From the NCBI GenBank assembly GCA_950097015.1, contig CATNEN010000038.1:7254001-7318000 (forward strand): a DNA stretch of 64,000 nucleotides. Reading direction: 5' to 3'. The stretch is from Macrostomum hystrix. Taxonomy: Eukaryota; Animalia; Platyhelminthes. Shown here piece after piece: positions 11,701 through 24,676 of this stretch (position 1 is the stretch's first letter; every line of letters starts with the position of its first letter). The translations under genes and the position numbers were made by a program. Below the pieces are notes generated by a model. That model ran no database searches. It was given only the letters and a program-made list of their open reading frames with translations, and had not been told where the DNA came from.

Positions 11701-14700
11701 CGAGTTGCGCCAGCTGGCTGTTGTTGCAGTGCTCTGTCGCAGTGGATGAGGGTTAGTTAATAACCGTTCAAGATTTTCACTATGGCTTGAACTTTACTAG
11801 AAACTCACCCACAAAAAATTGTAAGTATTTATGAGTGCGTGTGAAAATTCGGCCTGAATGACTAAGGGCAACAGAGAAGAGGACAATAAACTGAAGATGA
11901 AACTTTGCTCCGGGCTAATATTTGCCCCACAAACTGTGGATTGCTCCAGCGATCATGATAAAACCTGCGAGTAACCTTCTAGTGCCATATTTTAGCTCAG
12001 CTCACAGAGTGCGAATTCAACTGAGTAATCTCTATTTGGGTTGTGAAGAATAAGGGCAGTCTGTGACCCTTTCCCGTTCCAAACTGCTTCACAGTTTATA
12101 AGACGGTTTCTTTCGATTTCGGTGAGATTTTGAGTTGAGTAGTGAAAATGAATTCGTTGTAACTGCTGACTGCGTAATATAAATTTACGTGACTTACTTC
12201 GGCAGCTGAAGGCCTTGCTGGAGCCCACGCCGTGCCAGGCTGCAGTCGTCGGGTCGCTGTCTGAGAGGCCGCAGACGGCCAGCTCGCTGCAGCCGGGCTG
12301 TGGGAAGTACGGCTCGAGGCAGCTCAGCCGCACCAGAGTTGAGTAGGGCAGGTGCGAACTGTTGGCAAAGTCAAACGACGCGTTGAGCCGCGTCATTTAA
12401 GCGGCCTGCGGTTGGAGCACGACGGCTTCCGGCTGAGAACAGTTGAGCAGCTGGCAGGGTCCGGGAACTTCCGGCTCCCAGCGGTTGCCCAGTCGACAGG
12501 TGATGCTCAAGCGTCGGTTCTGCGTTGTCCGAGTGAAGCCCCTCCGGCATTCGTAGCCGAGGCTGTCGTCCACCTGGACTCCGGTCGGCGGCAGGCTTGC
12601 GAGCGCCTGGTCGGGGTTCAGCGAGCTGTACAGGCTGGAATTGCCGAGCCCAGGCGGCAGGGTCGAGCAGGCGGTGGCGCGGCAGCTCAGGTTGCCGAAG
12701 TAGGACCAGCTGCCGTTGATGCAGCTGATGACGAAGCCGGGCGCGCCGCCCGGCACTCCACCGACGCTGTAGTTGACGTTGCAGGTGAAGGCCAGGCTGA
12801 TGCCCTCCCAGGAGGTGTTGCCCAGGGTGGCGTTGGCCTTCGCATTCGCCACTGTTGGCGGGATTGAAACTCCACCGCAGTAGCCGGGAGAGCAGTCCAT
12901 GCTCACAGAGCTCCAGGTACCACCAGCCAGGCAGGTGACGGCCTGGCTGGATCCGGTGAGGCTCGGCTTGCAGGCGAAGGCGATCTGGTCACCCGGCCGC
13001 AAGGTGCCGTTCGCCAGCCGACCCGTCAGCTGCTGACTGCTGTCGCTGCTGAAGGCGTATGTTGAGCCATCGGCCGTGAAGCTGCTGATGTCGGTGGTGT
13101 CGTTCGGGTAGGCTGGCATCTGGCGGCAGGGCGGCGAGACACAGACTGGGATTCCGCTGTCCCAGACGGCGTCCTTGTCGAGAAGAGAAGTAAAATTAAT
13201 AAAGATTTCAGGAAGCCGAACATATGCTGAAGATGGTGTTGGTGTTTTTACAGATTCTGTATTTACAAAGACCCCGCTTCATCGGCGGCAGTTTATGACA
13301 CTATTTTCACTTGCATTTTTCCAATTAAAATAGTCATTATCTTAACCTGCGTGCACCGCCTCACGATCCTGCTGTTATATTTTGCTCCAGCAAATATATA
13401 ATTAGAAGCGCAGGTGTATTCGATCTGGCTAAACGGCAGCTTGGCGCGCTGTAGTTCTCGCGACGATAGCGAAGTATTCCAGGAAGCGCAAACGAGATGC
13501 CTTTCGTCCAGTTGACTATCAGTGTGCGGGTTCGGGCACGTCAGGGCTGAAAATTCGAAATGAACTCTGATATGCAATCCTGCAGAACAATTGTTTCACA
13601 CAGTTATTTTTTACATCTGCCCTGACTTTCTACATCTGTTCAGACAGTGTACACTGCACTGTGCCTTGGGGGTTGGCCCTCAAGGGCGCAAATTGTGTGA
13701 CAAGCCCACAAGCCTTCTCTCCGCGACTGCGATCCAAATAAATGAGGCCTCGACGTGGAATCGAGCTGAGGGACCTTGGTGCGAGATGCGAACGTGTTAA
13801 CCGCTCTTCCAATGCCCTTAATAGCTAGTTGATACTAAAAGATACATTAAGAAGTGCTTGAGAAAACATATACGAAACAGTCGATAACTAAACCCGTTCA
13901 AATTTCCAGTAAAAAGGTGATGAGAAAGGACTAATTTCAGTTTAAATTCAAGTTGGAAAAGCTCGTCTAAAATAGGAGAAATATTTTAAATAAAGGCTAT
14001 CTAACCAGTGCAAAGAACGGCCGTGTTCCGATTGTAGTCAAGTCCCTTGACCTCTTTCGGTTGAAAGCTTTTCCACTTGTACTGTACGATGAGGCCGTGT
14101 GTCTTGTCTTGTTTCAGGATATCGCTGTTGAGGCTGGAGCGGCACGGTGTGTCCGGCAGGCAGAACGATTGGCGCCTCCAGTTCGTCATGCCGGTGTCGA
14201 ACATCAGCGGCAGCATCAAGTAGTTCCCGGATGTGATCAGCGAGCCAGGTAAAATTGATTCGTTCAAAAATTTCCTGGGAAAAGAATAGAAGAGTTTTAC
14301 CAGCTAGAGGCACAAGGGGGTCATTGGCAGAGCGTTTTACGCATTTGCCTCTCGCATAATGGTCCCTGAGCTCGATTCCGTAGCGAGGCCACATTATATA
14401 CGGGCCCAGCAGCTGAGAGAGGGCTTGGGGGCTCTTCATGCAATTTAAGCCCTTAAGGTGCAGTGAGAGTGTACACTGCCTGACGATGAGAAAGTCAGGG
14501 CAAATGTAAACACCTGTGTGTGTGTGCTCAGGAGTCAGCGGAACGGGCAGAATTGCCTCCTCGCTGGCTGTGGGTCTAGTGTCACCAAATGATGTGCCAT
14601 TGCCCGCAGCCCTCCTGCAATTATTATTCAATTATAATTAGAAGCACACCCGCAGTTACGAGTACTCAAATGCTGGCCAAAGGACGTGTGCAGTTCCAGT

Positions 14701-17700
14701 ACGTGGTCTGAAGAGACCCACCCAAGTTTCTGCCCCAGCTGATTCTGGTACCCACTGCTGGTTGAACTACTCGTAAATCAATCGGGATTCAGTGAGCTAC
14801 AAGCTGGGCATGCAATCGCATCTGCATGTTTGACATAAATGGCGCGGATGACCCTAGGGCCACTTTGCCCTCATTGTTTCAGAAACGATGCGTGTAAAAT
14901 CTGTGTTTGAGGCGTCAACAAACCAAAGTTTGTTCCTCTTGTCCGCAGTCTCCGCCTGAGCCGGCCTGCCATTGCCCCGCTCGCAGAAAAGGTTGTAACT
15001 GCTGTATGAGTAGTCGTGGTCCGGTTTCAGCTTGGTCGAATGCACGCAGTAGCTCTGGTTTTCCGGGGACCCATCGTCCTGGCTAGCAACAGCGTTAGCT
15101 GGGCTGCAGGCCAAGTAGGCCTCGGCCGAGGAGTTGGCTGCAATATTTTAGGACTCTGTTAGCAGTAGAAATAACACGCTATTTCCCCCCTGAGGAAAGA
15201 CTACGGGGTATTTCAAATACCCCTGCGTACTTCTCGATAGCTCCAAAACCGAGTGACCAATTGTCGGGAGATTCCACCATATGATTAGAAATTTTCACCC
15301 TTCTCGATGAACTGACTTTCAAAGCCGTCCGACGTCGCTATCGTCGAGACATTCAGCGATACTTGTTGACAAGTACAACAAACATTGTTCTGTGCCGAAT
15401 CCATATTCGTTAAATAACATAACAACTAACAATAATAATAATAATAATTGTTATAATAATAATAATAATAAAATAATAATAATTGCAGGAGGGCTGCGGT
15501 CAATGGCACATCATTAAGTGACACTAGACCCGCAGCCAGCGAGGAGGCAGTTCTGCTGTACTGTACGCAGTACTGGAGACAGATACTGTACGCAGGCACA
15601 CACTCACACAGGTGTGTACATCTGCCCTGACTTTCTCATCGTCAGGCGGTGTGCACTCTCACTGCGCCTTGGAGGTTGGCCCTCAAGGGCGTAAATTGCA
15701 CGACAAGCCCCCAAGCCTTCTCTCCACGGCTGCGCCTCGCCGTGGACTCAAACTTAGGGACCGTGGTGCGAGAGGCAAACGCGTTAACCGCTCTGCCACC
15801 GACCCCCTTAACAATATAGCAAATTCTATATAATTCACAATTATATTGTATAATATAATTATCAACATTATAATCGACAATATGTTGTCTAGTTTTTTGC
15901 CGATTTAAGCTTAAAATTTTGGCAAAGTTCTGTATTTTCGTGGCGATCGTTTAAACACTAGCGTATGTCAGGGATACTGAAAAAGAAGTGGGTATTTAAA
16001 AATACCAAAGTGCCCTTTATTCTCTTAAAAAGACTCATTTAGCTCTCGTAGTAGATAATATAATAGTGTACTATTTCTGTTTGGGAATTTAACTTGTAAA
16101 AGCGAATTCAAATAAAAAAGCCAGAATGCACAACAAAATCATCAGTACGCACATGCCATGCTTTCTGAGATTTTTTGTGAGCACGAAACTTTTCCGCAGA
16201 AAATTTACCCGCCATAGCGCCCTTTCATATAGCGACATTTCCCACAGCGACCTTTCCCATAGCGACCTTTCCCATAGCGACCTTTCCCATAGCGACATTT
16301 CCCATAGCGACATTTCACATAGCGAAATTTCCCATAGCGACCTTTCCCATAGCGACATTTCTCATAGCGACATTTCACATAGCGACATTTCCCATAGCGA
16401 CATTTCCCAAAGCGAGATTTCACAGCGAGCTTTCCCACAGCGACCTTTCCCATAGCGACCTTTCCCATAGCGACTTTCCCATAGCGACATTTCACATAGC
16501 GACCTTTCTCATGGCGACCTTTCCCATAGCGAAATTTCACAGAGCGACCTTTCTCATGGCGACCTTTCCCATAGCGACCTTTTCCATAGCGAGCTTTCCC
16601 ACAGCGACCATTCCCATTGTGACAATTCCCATAGCGACCTTTGCCATAGCAAGCTTTTCCCGCTGTAGGCTTCTCTGTAGCGATGCTTTCACACAGCTAG
16701 AGTTACTTCGCAATGCAATTATGAAAATCTCAACAAAAGCCCCCAGCAGGATTCTGTTTTGTTATTCGAAACTGATTGTGTCTATGACGATGCACTTACG
16801 CAGAGGGAAATACTCGCATAATGGGTACATCTGAGTGGCTGTGGACACTGCGGCATAGAGAAACGCGCCATCGACCCGTTTTAGAGCGATCAGGTTGTAG
16901 TGGTTGTCAACAGAGCTGCTGTACCACTGATCCGGCGGCGGAGTAAAGCTCGGACCGAAAAAGTTCCAGGCTAGAGCAACCGGTGCGCCTCCGGAATACG
17001 CGAATGGCAGATAATTCCAGTTTGTGCACAGCTCCTTGTCATTCAAAATGCTGCTAAGTGTGGCACTGGAGTTTAGAAAACAAGTGATTGATATGCATTA
17101 TGATATCGAATAATGAACAGGTTCTGGCTAGCAGCCGTGAGGCCCTTAGCGAGTTAGGGCCAACTATGTGAATTCCGCGGCGAGTTAGGGCCAACTTAGA
17201 AGGTACAGAGAGAGTGTGCACTCACTGTCTGACGATGAGAAAGTCCAGGGCTAGATGTACACACCTGTGTGAGTGTGTGCTGCCTACAGTATCTGTGTGC
17301 GTGTGTGCACAGGAGTCAGTGCAATGTGCGACATCGCCTCTTTGCCGGCTGCAGGTCTAACATCACAGCACTCCTGAAATTTCCATTGCTATTATTTAGT
17401 TCATCTGTTAGGCCACCATATTGCCAGAATTCGTGCATGCTGTTGTCAATGTCTTTTACGCCTGTTCCGGGATGCGTCAACTGCATGCGTGGTTTTGTCA
17501 AAGCGCTCGACACTTCAAACTTTACGGACTTTGCTCTTTAGATGCTGAATATTTGCTTGATGAATCCGAATACTGCACTATTATACGTGCACTAATTGGA
17601 CCCAAAAAATCCTAATTTCTTACTCGTGCACTCCTGAAATAGTTTCCTAATTGATTTTATAGCACAGAAACGCTGTCTAGGTGCTAGAATTAAGGAGTCA

Positions 17701-18037
17701 AGAGCATTAACTCACTTGCGGTATATTTGGCACACCAGTTCACTCACTTCTCAGCAAAGAGCTTTGTAAACGCGTCCAAGGCTCTAGAATCGTTGAGTGG
17801 GCTGAAAATCCGATAACCATTTTCTGTCAGCGTCAGGCAGTCTGCGGCATAGGCCGAGTACAATTGCGAGCTGTCGTACTTCAACGAGCTGTCAACCGGG
17901 TAGCGAAAGATGTACTCAGTGTTCAGATAGACTGTCTTGATGTAGTCCCACGGAATGCCTGAGCACAGCATGGGGCAGAGGCAGCAGCTCATGAGCCACC
18001 ACAGATGACAAGAGACTGCGCCTATGCGAGTAGGCAT
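8744..18037 (-). CDS. Secreted/cell-surface protein with lectin-like N-terminus and multiple Sushi/CCP domains; in-frame TAA at 12397-12399; 3' end unresolved (possible pseudogene)
   Basis: Phase-compatible GT-AG exons approx. 18037-17748 (signal peptide), 17065-16800, 15137-14863, 14274-14006, 13546-13347, 13173-12198, 11733-11299, 9016-8744; repeated C..P...F/YxC...C...GxW...C Sushi patterns. Confidence 0.72.
9150..9505. repeat. Degenerate tandem repeat (AAATTTCACATCCC-like) in Sushi-gene intron
   Basis: Visible 14-15 bp periodicity. Confidence 0.85.
10050..11207. repeat. Homogeneous 33-bp minisatellite (ACAGCTGGATTAGTAAGGATCACCTATTCCTGC), intronic
   Basis: About 35 near-identical units. 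Confidence 0.97.
13610..13820 (-). mobile_element. SINE family B fragment
   Basis: Matches reverse complement of the family B head and core. Confidence 0.75.
14315..14640 (+). mobile_element. tRNA-derived SINE family B, near full length
   Basis: Head GGGGTC..TGGCAGAGCG (A box)...GCTCGATTCC (B-box-like), internal hairpin CTGCCTGACGATGAGAAAGTCAGGGCA, 3' CAGCCCTCCTGCA plus (ATT)n. Confidence 0.85.
15197..16010. mobile_element. MITE-like element (same family as 4472-5304) interrupted by a SINE B copy
   Basis: AAAGACTACGGGGTATTTCAAATACCCC start, GGGTATTTAAAAATACC near the end, shared internal sequence. Confidence 0.55.
15432..15810 (-). mobile_element. SINE family B copy with long (AAT)n tail
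   Basis: Reverse-complement match to 14315-14640. Confidence 0.85.
16210..16660. repeat. 15-bp minisatellite (TTTCCCATAGCGACC), intronic
   Basis: Visible periodicity. Confidence 0.92.
17205..17380 (+). mobile_element. SINE family B degenerate fragment
   Basis: CTGACGATGAGAAAGTC...ATGTACACACCTGTG...AGGAGTCAG. Confidence 0.65.
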
Positions 18038-18766
18038 GATGCTCAAAATGCGATACGTGAGATTGGAACTAGCAATGCGCTCTGCATTAGTTGGGGGATG
18101 CATTAAAGTCCTGGGATTTTTTCTACCAAATAGCAGCTGTTGTCATAGTTGCCAGGGTCAACACAAGAGTAGAAGAAGGAGGTTTACAATACAGCGACAG
18201 TTTTGTTTTATTCAAGTAAATAATGCGGTTTTTTACAAATACCAATTCGATTGCAAAGGAGGCAAAATACTTGAAAAAACTTTGTATCATAACAAATTCT
18301 CTATCAGCAACGGAAGGCCTTTGAACTTAAAGGCGTGAATAAAAACGACACAGCGGCATGAAATCCGGAGAAAAAACCTAGAAAACGCTACCTTGGTCTG
18401 CAAAGGCATTGTTTAAAACAGTTTCAATGAGATTTTCTATAAAATTCTCTCTTCCTTCGGAATTGTTAATGCCAGACAGCCAGTGACCCCGGATGAGTGA
18501 GACACAAAAGCTTTCCAGTCAACACTATTCTTTTCTAAATTCTTAGCCACTAAAGTTCCATTGCGTTGTGATTTCTCTTTCTCGAGTCTCTTTTGTTAAG
18601 CTTCGAAACATATAGAATATCGGTCAATGTAGTTTACTATAGTTTCACAGATGCCATAACAAACTGTTGCGCAAAAAGTCAGGGAACTGACTGTGAATGG
18701 CTGTTTCCTGAAAATATGGCCTGGCCAATATCGGGGCCGGTCCGATCGGTTATTTCTTGTCTTATT

Positions 18767-19700
18767 CCACCTGTTCCTCTAACAACACCTGTTCCTCTAA
18801 CACCACCTGTTCCTCTAACACCACCTGTTCCTCTAACACCACCTGTTCCTCTAACACCACCTGTTCCTCTAACACCACCTGTTCCTCTAACACCACCTGT
18901 TCCTCTAACACCACCTGTTCCTCTAACACCACCTGTTCCTCTAACACCACCTGTTCCTCTAACAACACCTGTTCCTCTAACACCACCTGTTCCTCTAACA
19001 ACACCTGTTCCTCTAACACCACCTGTTCCTCTAACAACACCTGCTCCTCTAACAACACCTGTTCCTCTAACAACACCTGTTCCTCTAACAACACCTGTTC
19101 CTCTAACAACACCTGTTCCTCTAACAACACTGTTCCTCTAACAACACCTGCTCCTCTAACAACACCTGTTCCTCTAACAACACCTGTTCCTCTAACAACA
19201 CCTGTTCCTCTAACAACACTGTTCCTCTAACAACACCTGCTCCTCTAACAACACCTGTTCCTCTAACAACACCTGTTCCTCTAACAGCACTGTTCCTCTA
19301 ACACCACCTGTTCTTCTAACACCACCTGTTCATCTAACACCACCTGTTCCTCTAACACCACCTGTTCATCTAACACCACCTGTTCATCTAACAACACTGT
19401 TCCCGCAACACCACCTGTTCCTCTAACACCACCTGTTCCTCTAACAGCACCTGTTCCTCTAACAGCACCTGTTCCTCTAACAGCACCTGTTCCTCTAACA
19501 GCACCTGTTCCTCTAACACCACCTGTTCCTCTAACACTGCCTGTTCCTCTAACACCACCTGTTCCTCTAACACCACCTGTTCATCTAACAACACCTGTTC
19601 CTCTAACACCAACTGTTCCTCTAACACTGCTTGTTCCTCTAACACCACCTGTTCCTCTAACACCACCTGTTCCTCTAACACCACCTGTTCCTCTAACCCC
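18767..19700. repeat. 18-bp minisatellite (ACACCACCTGTTCCTCTA)
   Basis: About 50 units. Confidence 0.96.
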
Positions 19701-21199
19701 GCAACACCTGTAACACTACCTGTAAGAGGCACAACATCTGCATCTGTATTTATGCGTAAGTAGTAAGTATTAAGTAGTAAATAGTTACGTTGTCTACTAC
19801 TTGTCAGTAGCCCAATACAATACTATAAGACTGTCTCTGCACTTGAATCGAAATCTTAGCAAATCTTTCGATAAATTGCTCAGAAAGTTCAAGTAAGCAA
19901 TTGTTCCGTGTGCAAAATTTTGAACTCAAAATCATCTGTCAGTTGAGTGAGGCAACATGTAAATGATATAGATCTGCCCATTATATTCTTTGTGATGATC
20001 AGTTTTCATAACTGATGTTGTACACAACCGAGGCAAATATTCTAAGCGAATTCGTTGTACGAGTTTGTGTCCTCGTAGATGAGTATAAAATCTGTTGCTC
20101 AGGGAAGTATTTCAGAGGTTGGGCATGTTCTTGACGAGTGCGTTAGGAACTAGACCTTGTTATGAGATCTGCAGAACCCCTTAGCCCTCAATTTGATCAG
20201 TATATGCCAACTCGAGGTAAAATTGGTTCTCTGTTTTTCGATCGATTATCCTAGACACGGTTCGCTGAGAACTAAAAATATATTCACATATCTAATAAGG
20301 AAGATTATAGCATGGCTTGATGAATCTTTCGAGTCAGATATCCTGAGATGGCAAGGTTAGAAAATAGAGTTTTCTGTTGTTAGCAGAGTTAAAGATTGAT
20401 GGCGAACCTAGAACAAAATTAGCAGAACAAAACTTGACGTCAAAGTGCGAGCGCATATGAAATAAGCGTACTATGCGGTGACAACAAAGGATTTTTTGGT
20501 TGACAATGCGCAGATGAGTTAGTGCTGTTTTAACAACACCGACCCGAAACAATGAAAACCAGCGGCTCGTTGCTTCAAGGGAAGGAAGGATAGTAATAAA
20601 GCAAGGGACTTTTGCAGTTGCCGTCGCGAATGGAACAGAGAAACATGAAATACACGGGGAGCGATTGGTACAGTGGCGGCGCAGATCAGGTAAAATTTAA
20701 CCGACGCATTTTACTGGCCCAGTGCAAACCGCGTGCAAAGTGAAATTTGGCGTTCGGTTCTGCGTGGCTAGATTTCTTGGAAAATGAACGACAAAGAATT
20801 ACTAAATCACGATGATGAATGCTTTTAAAATATTCCCTTTCATCTGACTCGGCAGGTCACTAGGCCAGTAAATCGCGCACATCAAGTTTATTCGTGCTAA
20901 AAGAAAGGCAAGGGTGCAGCCCACAAGAGACAAACTGCTACTTGTGATTCAGAGAACAGTATAATACAGTTCATGCTCTTGTATACTCAAAAAAACTAAA
21001 CTGAAATTTATGGAGGCTGTGCGCTGGCAGTTCGACTTCACGAAAGACGATCACCAAAGCCTTGATTTCTTGACTCAAAAAACAATTATTCTTTTATTGA
21101 CTAATTTTCCCGAATCGCTCTTGATTGATCAGTCTCGCTGAACTTATTTAGCTGCCCTAGAAGCTTCAGTATTGACGAGTCGGTCATCAGCGCACAGCC

Positions 21200-24100
21200 T
21201 CACGCGGACCTCTGGTGCTGCAGACCGCCAGGTGGCCTGCCAGACGAGGCGCCACCGCCGGCACCGCTGCTGCTGCCATGGCTGTGCCGGCCTTCGTGCT
21301 GGTTCGTGAACCGCTGCAGGCAGACGACTCTGTCGGAAAGCAGGACCGGAAACTTGGCCGGCGGATTTGTGATGATGTAACGCTTTCGTAAAGTCTGCTT
21401 CCCCTCCTCTGGCGGAGTGAGCAATCGGTAAAGCCCGATGCAGAGAATGCCGTGTCTATGCAACGCGCCAATAAAGAGGTCTGAGTACACGGCACCGACT
21501 CCGGCCACGAACTCTCGCAACCGTTCGTCGTCCACTGCCAGCTGAGAGACGCGCGCTCTGTCCCGATTTGCCAGCGACTCCGGCGTGCTGAAACCGCCTC
21601 GGATTCCTGCGCCTTCGGCCAGGATCTGCTCCAGTTCTGGCGTCGCACCGCCTGTAATCAGGGTGCGGATCAGAGTTAGAGCGTTCTCGTTGAAATATGC
21701 GGTGCTCATGAGCGAGTCCAGGACGCTAATAGCGAAAGCGGTGCCGCAGGCAAATGGCTGCGTCATGTACAGCTCGATGTCTGGATCGTCATCGTCATCC
21801 TGATCCAAGAACTGGACATTGTCATCCATAGAGAGCTCCGTCAAGATGCGGACATTGTTGTTGGAGCCTGTTGGCGTTGAAGCGATTTGCTGCGTTGTCG
21901 GAACATCTGGGTCGAATTTCATCGCTTTGATGTTAAGTGAGCACAGTATGGCCTCCTTATCGGCCAGAGTCGGGTCGTCCAAGTTCGAGCTTTGCTTGGA
22001 ACTCAAAACTACACAAATCTCTGCTAAATTGATGTTAACAGCTCGTAAATTGGATCGGTTTAGAGGCGATCCAGGGAAGATGCTGAGCTTTGGGAAGTTC
22101 ATAAGCGTCTTCCATTCGCGCCGCATATAATCAGCGTTGCCGACGAATATTACGTGCTTGAGATCGTGGTAGTGAAAGTTGCTGGCCCGGAGTGGCATCA
22201 CAAAGTTGCGCAAGCCAATAAGTGGACTGCCAGCGTCAGCGAAGAGGCACACAACGATATGGTTGCTGTAGATCGTCGCCGTGACCTGCTCGCGGTCAAG
22301 GATCGCGTCCTCAAAATTCACGTCTGGACACCAATGAAACATTCCAGTAGAGTCGAATTTTCGATCCATCTGATCGTGCAGCTTCTGCAAGGAGATCGGA
22401 TTCGTGTGAGCGATTGAGAGTTTGCCATGGCGACTACTGTGGCTGATCTCTCCTGGCTCCGGAGCTGACATTGGCAGCTGCAAGTGCCTTCCAGGACTGA
22501 CGCCACCTGCATCGCCTTGATTGCCTGTTCCCCCGGCGGGCAGAGAGTTCTGGCTCGAACCCGGGTGATTCCTGCTCCTGAGGTTCGTAGCTTGCTGTTG
22601 CTGTTGCTTTTGATGCTGTTGCTGGGACAAAGCTTTCGCCTTTCCAGACAACGCAACAGGTGTCTTGCAGCGGCACTTTTTGATGAGGTTCGGTTCTTCA
22701 ATATCGCCATGGCAGCGTTTACAGAAGAAAAATGCTTTTTTAACCTCCTCGGCAGATTGCGCAATGAAGAAGCCCTGCGTGCCCTGCTCAATGCGGATGT
22801 TCTCTTTTGGATTGATGGCGATGCAGCTCTCCGTGCCCTGATCGTTTTTGGCTTCCACGGCAATCAGCAGTAAATTCAGTTTAGTGAAGCACAGTTCGGC
22901 TGCCATTGGGAAGGTCAGACCTTCGAAGGCCGGTGAAAGATACTCAGTGTACATTTCCATGCCGGCACCTTCCAGATAGCTGTTAAGCCACTTTGGCATA
23001 GCTTTGTCGTCCTTATAACTGCGCATTGTGAACAGGTTCGCAAGCAAAGTAGAGAAGCCAAATGCTAGGCAGCTCTGCGCGAGAAAGCCCAACTTGAGCT
23101 CAGCGATGCAGACGGCATCATCGCCCTGCTTCCAGTCCCAACTGGGAATGTTAAGCAGGTAAGTCTTGTTGTGATACTGCATTAGCTGGATGATAACTTT
23201 AATGCGATCAAAGTAGTTCTTGATTGATATGACGCGCATAATGTTAGCAGCGTCCTCCGCGTCTGGATCCGGACAGTACTTGTTTGCTAGCACCAGACAG
23301 GCGTCCGCAGTCTCCAGGCCTACACGGGACAAGTCCTTGGAGTTCATGACAGATCCTTGGAAGAACTCCACCTGGGTGAAGTGCCGTTTAAACAAGCCTT
23401 GTAGTTCCAGGTCGGGTACGTGCTTGTCCAGGATGACTATTTGCACATCGACATCTTCACGATCTTCATGCAGAAAGTCACCGAGGAAATTGGAGACCGA
23501 CTCGTAAGTAATGTGGCCACAAAGAACAATGTGCTGCTTGCCGGCCTCTTTGCGGTAGTGACCGCCGTACTTGTTGCGCGAGCTGAGAATGTCGGCGATT
23601 TCTGGAATAGAGTTGGCGAATACGGCTAGACCGCCCATAATGACCAGAGCTGAGAACAAGCGGCCGGTGCTTGTGGTGCAATAGATGTCACCATAGCCCA
23701 CAGTGGACATTGTAACGATCACAAAATAGACGCAGGTCGGATACGTCATGTTGAAGCTGATGTTAGGATTGGAGAATGACGGCGGATCCCCAGAGTTCTC
23801 AATTAGGTGCACAAAGCCGGCGGCAGTTAGAACAAGCGAAGCAAAGAACGTCATGAGCTGGAACAGGCGAATGCTGGTGCTGGTCTTCAAAATATTCAGA
23901 TACTGCAGGACGTCCGGTAGGCTGAGGATGCGCAGCGCACGGGTGGAGCGCAGACCGATCCAGTTGCGGTTCAAATAGATCGACACGAATGACGGCGGGA
24001 TCGTTAGAATGTCCACTAGGCTGTACATCTCGAACCAGAACAGCAACTTGTCCTGAGCTGCAATAAATCTGATGAAAAAATAGATGAGGAAGATCACATT

Positions 24101-24676
24101 GAATGCCAAGTCGATCTGCTGCGACAGGCTGTCTGACCATCGAACGCACTCCTCCGTCTGCTTCATGCTGGCTGTGTCGATGAAGTACACAATTAGAGAC
24201 GCGATGCTGATAATAAATACCAGCACTACAAGGATGCGACCGGTTGTTGTCTGGCCAGAGATCAGCTCACCGGCCCAATCCTTTGCCTCCGTCAGCCAGC
24301 CGACTTCCACCTCTTCTGTTGAATCATTGGCCTCGTCATCCTCGCCACCGCTGGTTCCATCATCTTCTACTTTTAACGTCTGTTCGGCTTGCTTTCCAGG
24401 ACTGCCTGCACTGCCTCCGCTGAGACGCCTAGCCAGATGCGAGAGCAGGCGGTAAGCGAGAACAAACAGGACACCGCCAAAGAGCACGATGCCGCTGCTG
24501 GCTAGAAAGATGTACCACTTTCGCTGGCCTGTGCAGACAAACGGCGCAAAGGGTGAATGCGTGCTGTTGACAACAATGGTTGCTGCTGACGCTGACGCCG
24601 ACGTCGATGTCGCCAACAACGTAGCTGAAGTTGCTGCAGGGGTTGCCGCTGCCCCTGCTGCTGTTGTATTCGCCAT
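21200..24676 (-). CDS. slo1: Calcium-activated potassium channel Slo1/BK alpha subunit (slowpoke/KCNMA1 homolog), coding sequence intronless
   Basis: S0 ([12 protein letters not shown]), [24 protein letters not shown]4 GLRSTRALR, pore [12 protein letters not shown]1 [22 protein letters not shown] heme-type motif, Ca bowl [24 protein letters not shown]; first in-frame ATG at 24676. Confidence 0.97.
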   Translation of the reverse strand: MANTTAAGAAATPAATSATLLATSTSASASAATIVVNSTHSPFAPFVCTGQRKWYIFLASSGIVLFGGVLFVLAYRLLSHLARRLSGGSAGSPGKQAEQTLKVEDDGTSGGEDDEANDSTEEVEVGWLTEAKDWAGELISGQTTTGRILVVLVFIISIASLIVYFIDTASMKQTEECVRWSDSLSQQIDLAFNVIFLIYFFIRFIAAQDKLLFWFEMYSLVDILTIPPSFVSIYLNRNWIGLRSTRALRILSLPDVLQYLNILKTSTSIRLFQLMTFFASLVLTAAGFVHLIENSGDPPSFSNPNISFNMTYPTCVYFVIVTMSTVGYGDIYCTTSTGRLFSALVIMGGLAVFANSIPEIADILSSRNKYGGHYRKEAGKQHIVLCGHITYESVSNFLGDFLHEDREDVDVQIVILDKHVPDLELQGLFKRHFTQVEFFQGSVMNSKDLSRVGLETADACLVLANKYCPDPDAEDAANIMRVISIKNYFDRIKVIIQLMQYHNKTYLLNIPSWDWKQGDDAVCIAELKLGFLAQSCLAFGFSTLLANLFTMRSYKDDKAMPKWLNSYLEGAGMEMYTEYLSPAFEGLTFPMAAELCFTKLNLLLIAVEAKNDQGTESCIAINPKENIRIEQGTQGFFIAQSAEEVKKAFFFCKRCHGDIEEPNLIKKCRCKTPVALSGKAKALSQQQHQKQQQQQATNLRSRNHPGSSQNSLPAGGTGNQGDAGGVSPGRHLQLPMSAPEPGEISHSSRHGKLSIAHTNPISLQKLHDQMDRKFDSTGMFHWCPDVNFEDAILDREQVTATIYSNHIVVCLFADAGSPLIGLRNFVMPLRASNFHYHDLKHVIFVGNADYMRREWKTLMNFPKLSIFPGSPLNRSNLRAVNINLAEICVVLSSKQSSNLDDPTLADKEAILCSLNIKAMKFDPDVPTTQQIASTPTGSNNNVRILTELSMDDNVQFLDQDDDDDPDIELYMTQPFACGTAFAISVLDSLMSTAYFNENALTLIRTLITGGATPELEQILAEGAGIRGGFSTPESLANRDRARVSQLAVDDERLREFVAGVGAVYSDLFIGALHRHGILCIGLYRLLTPPEEGKQTLRKRYIITNPPAKFPVLLSDRVVCLQRFTNQHEGRHSHGSSSGAGGGASSGRPPGGLQHQRSA

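Noticed and set aside
14470-14515. Hammerhead ribozyme or SECIS in SINE B (CTGACGA...GAAA...GTC)
   Set aside because: No room for helices II and III; the bases pair as a simple hairpin; no SECIS quartet geometry
18593-19732. Mucin-like PVPLTT or LEEQVV repeat ORFs
   Set aside because: 18-bp satellite with frame-breaking unit variants
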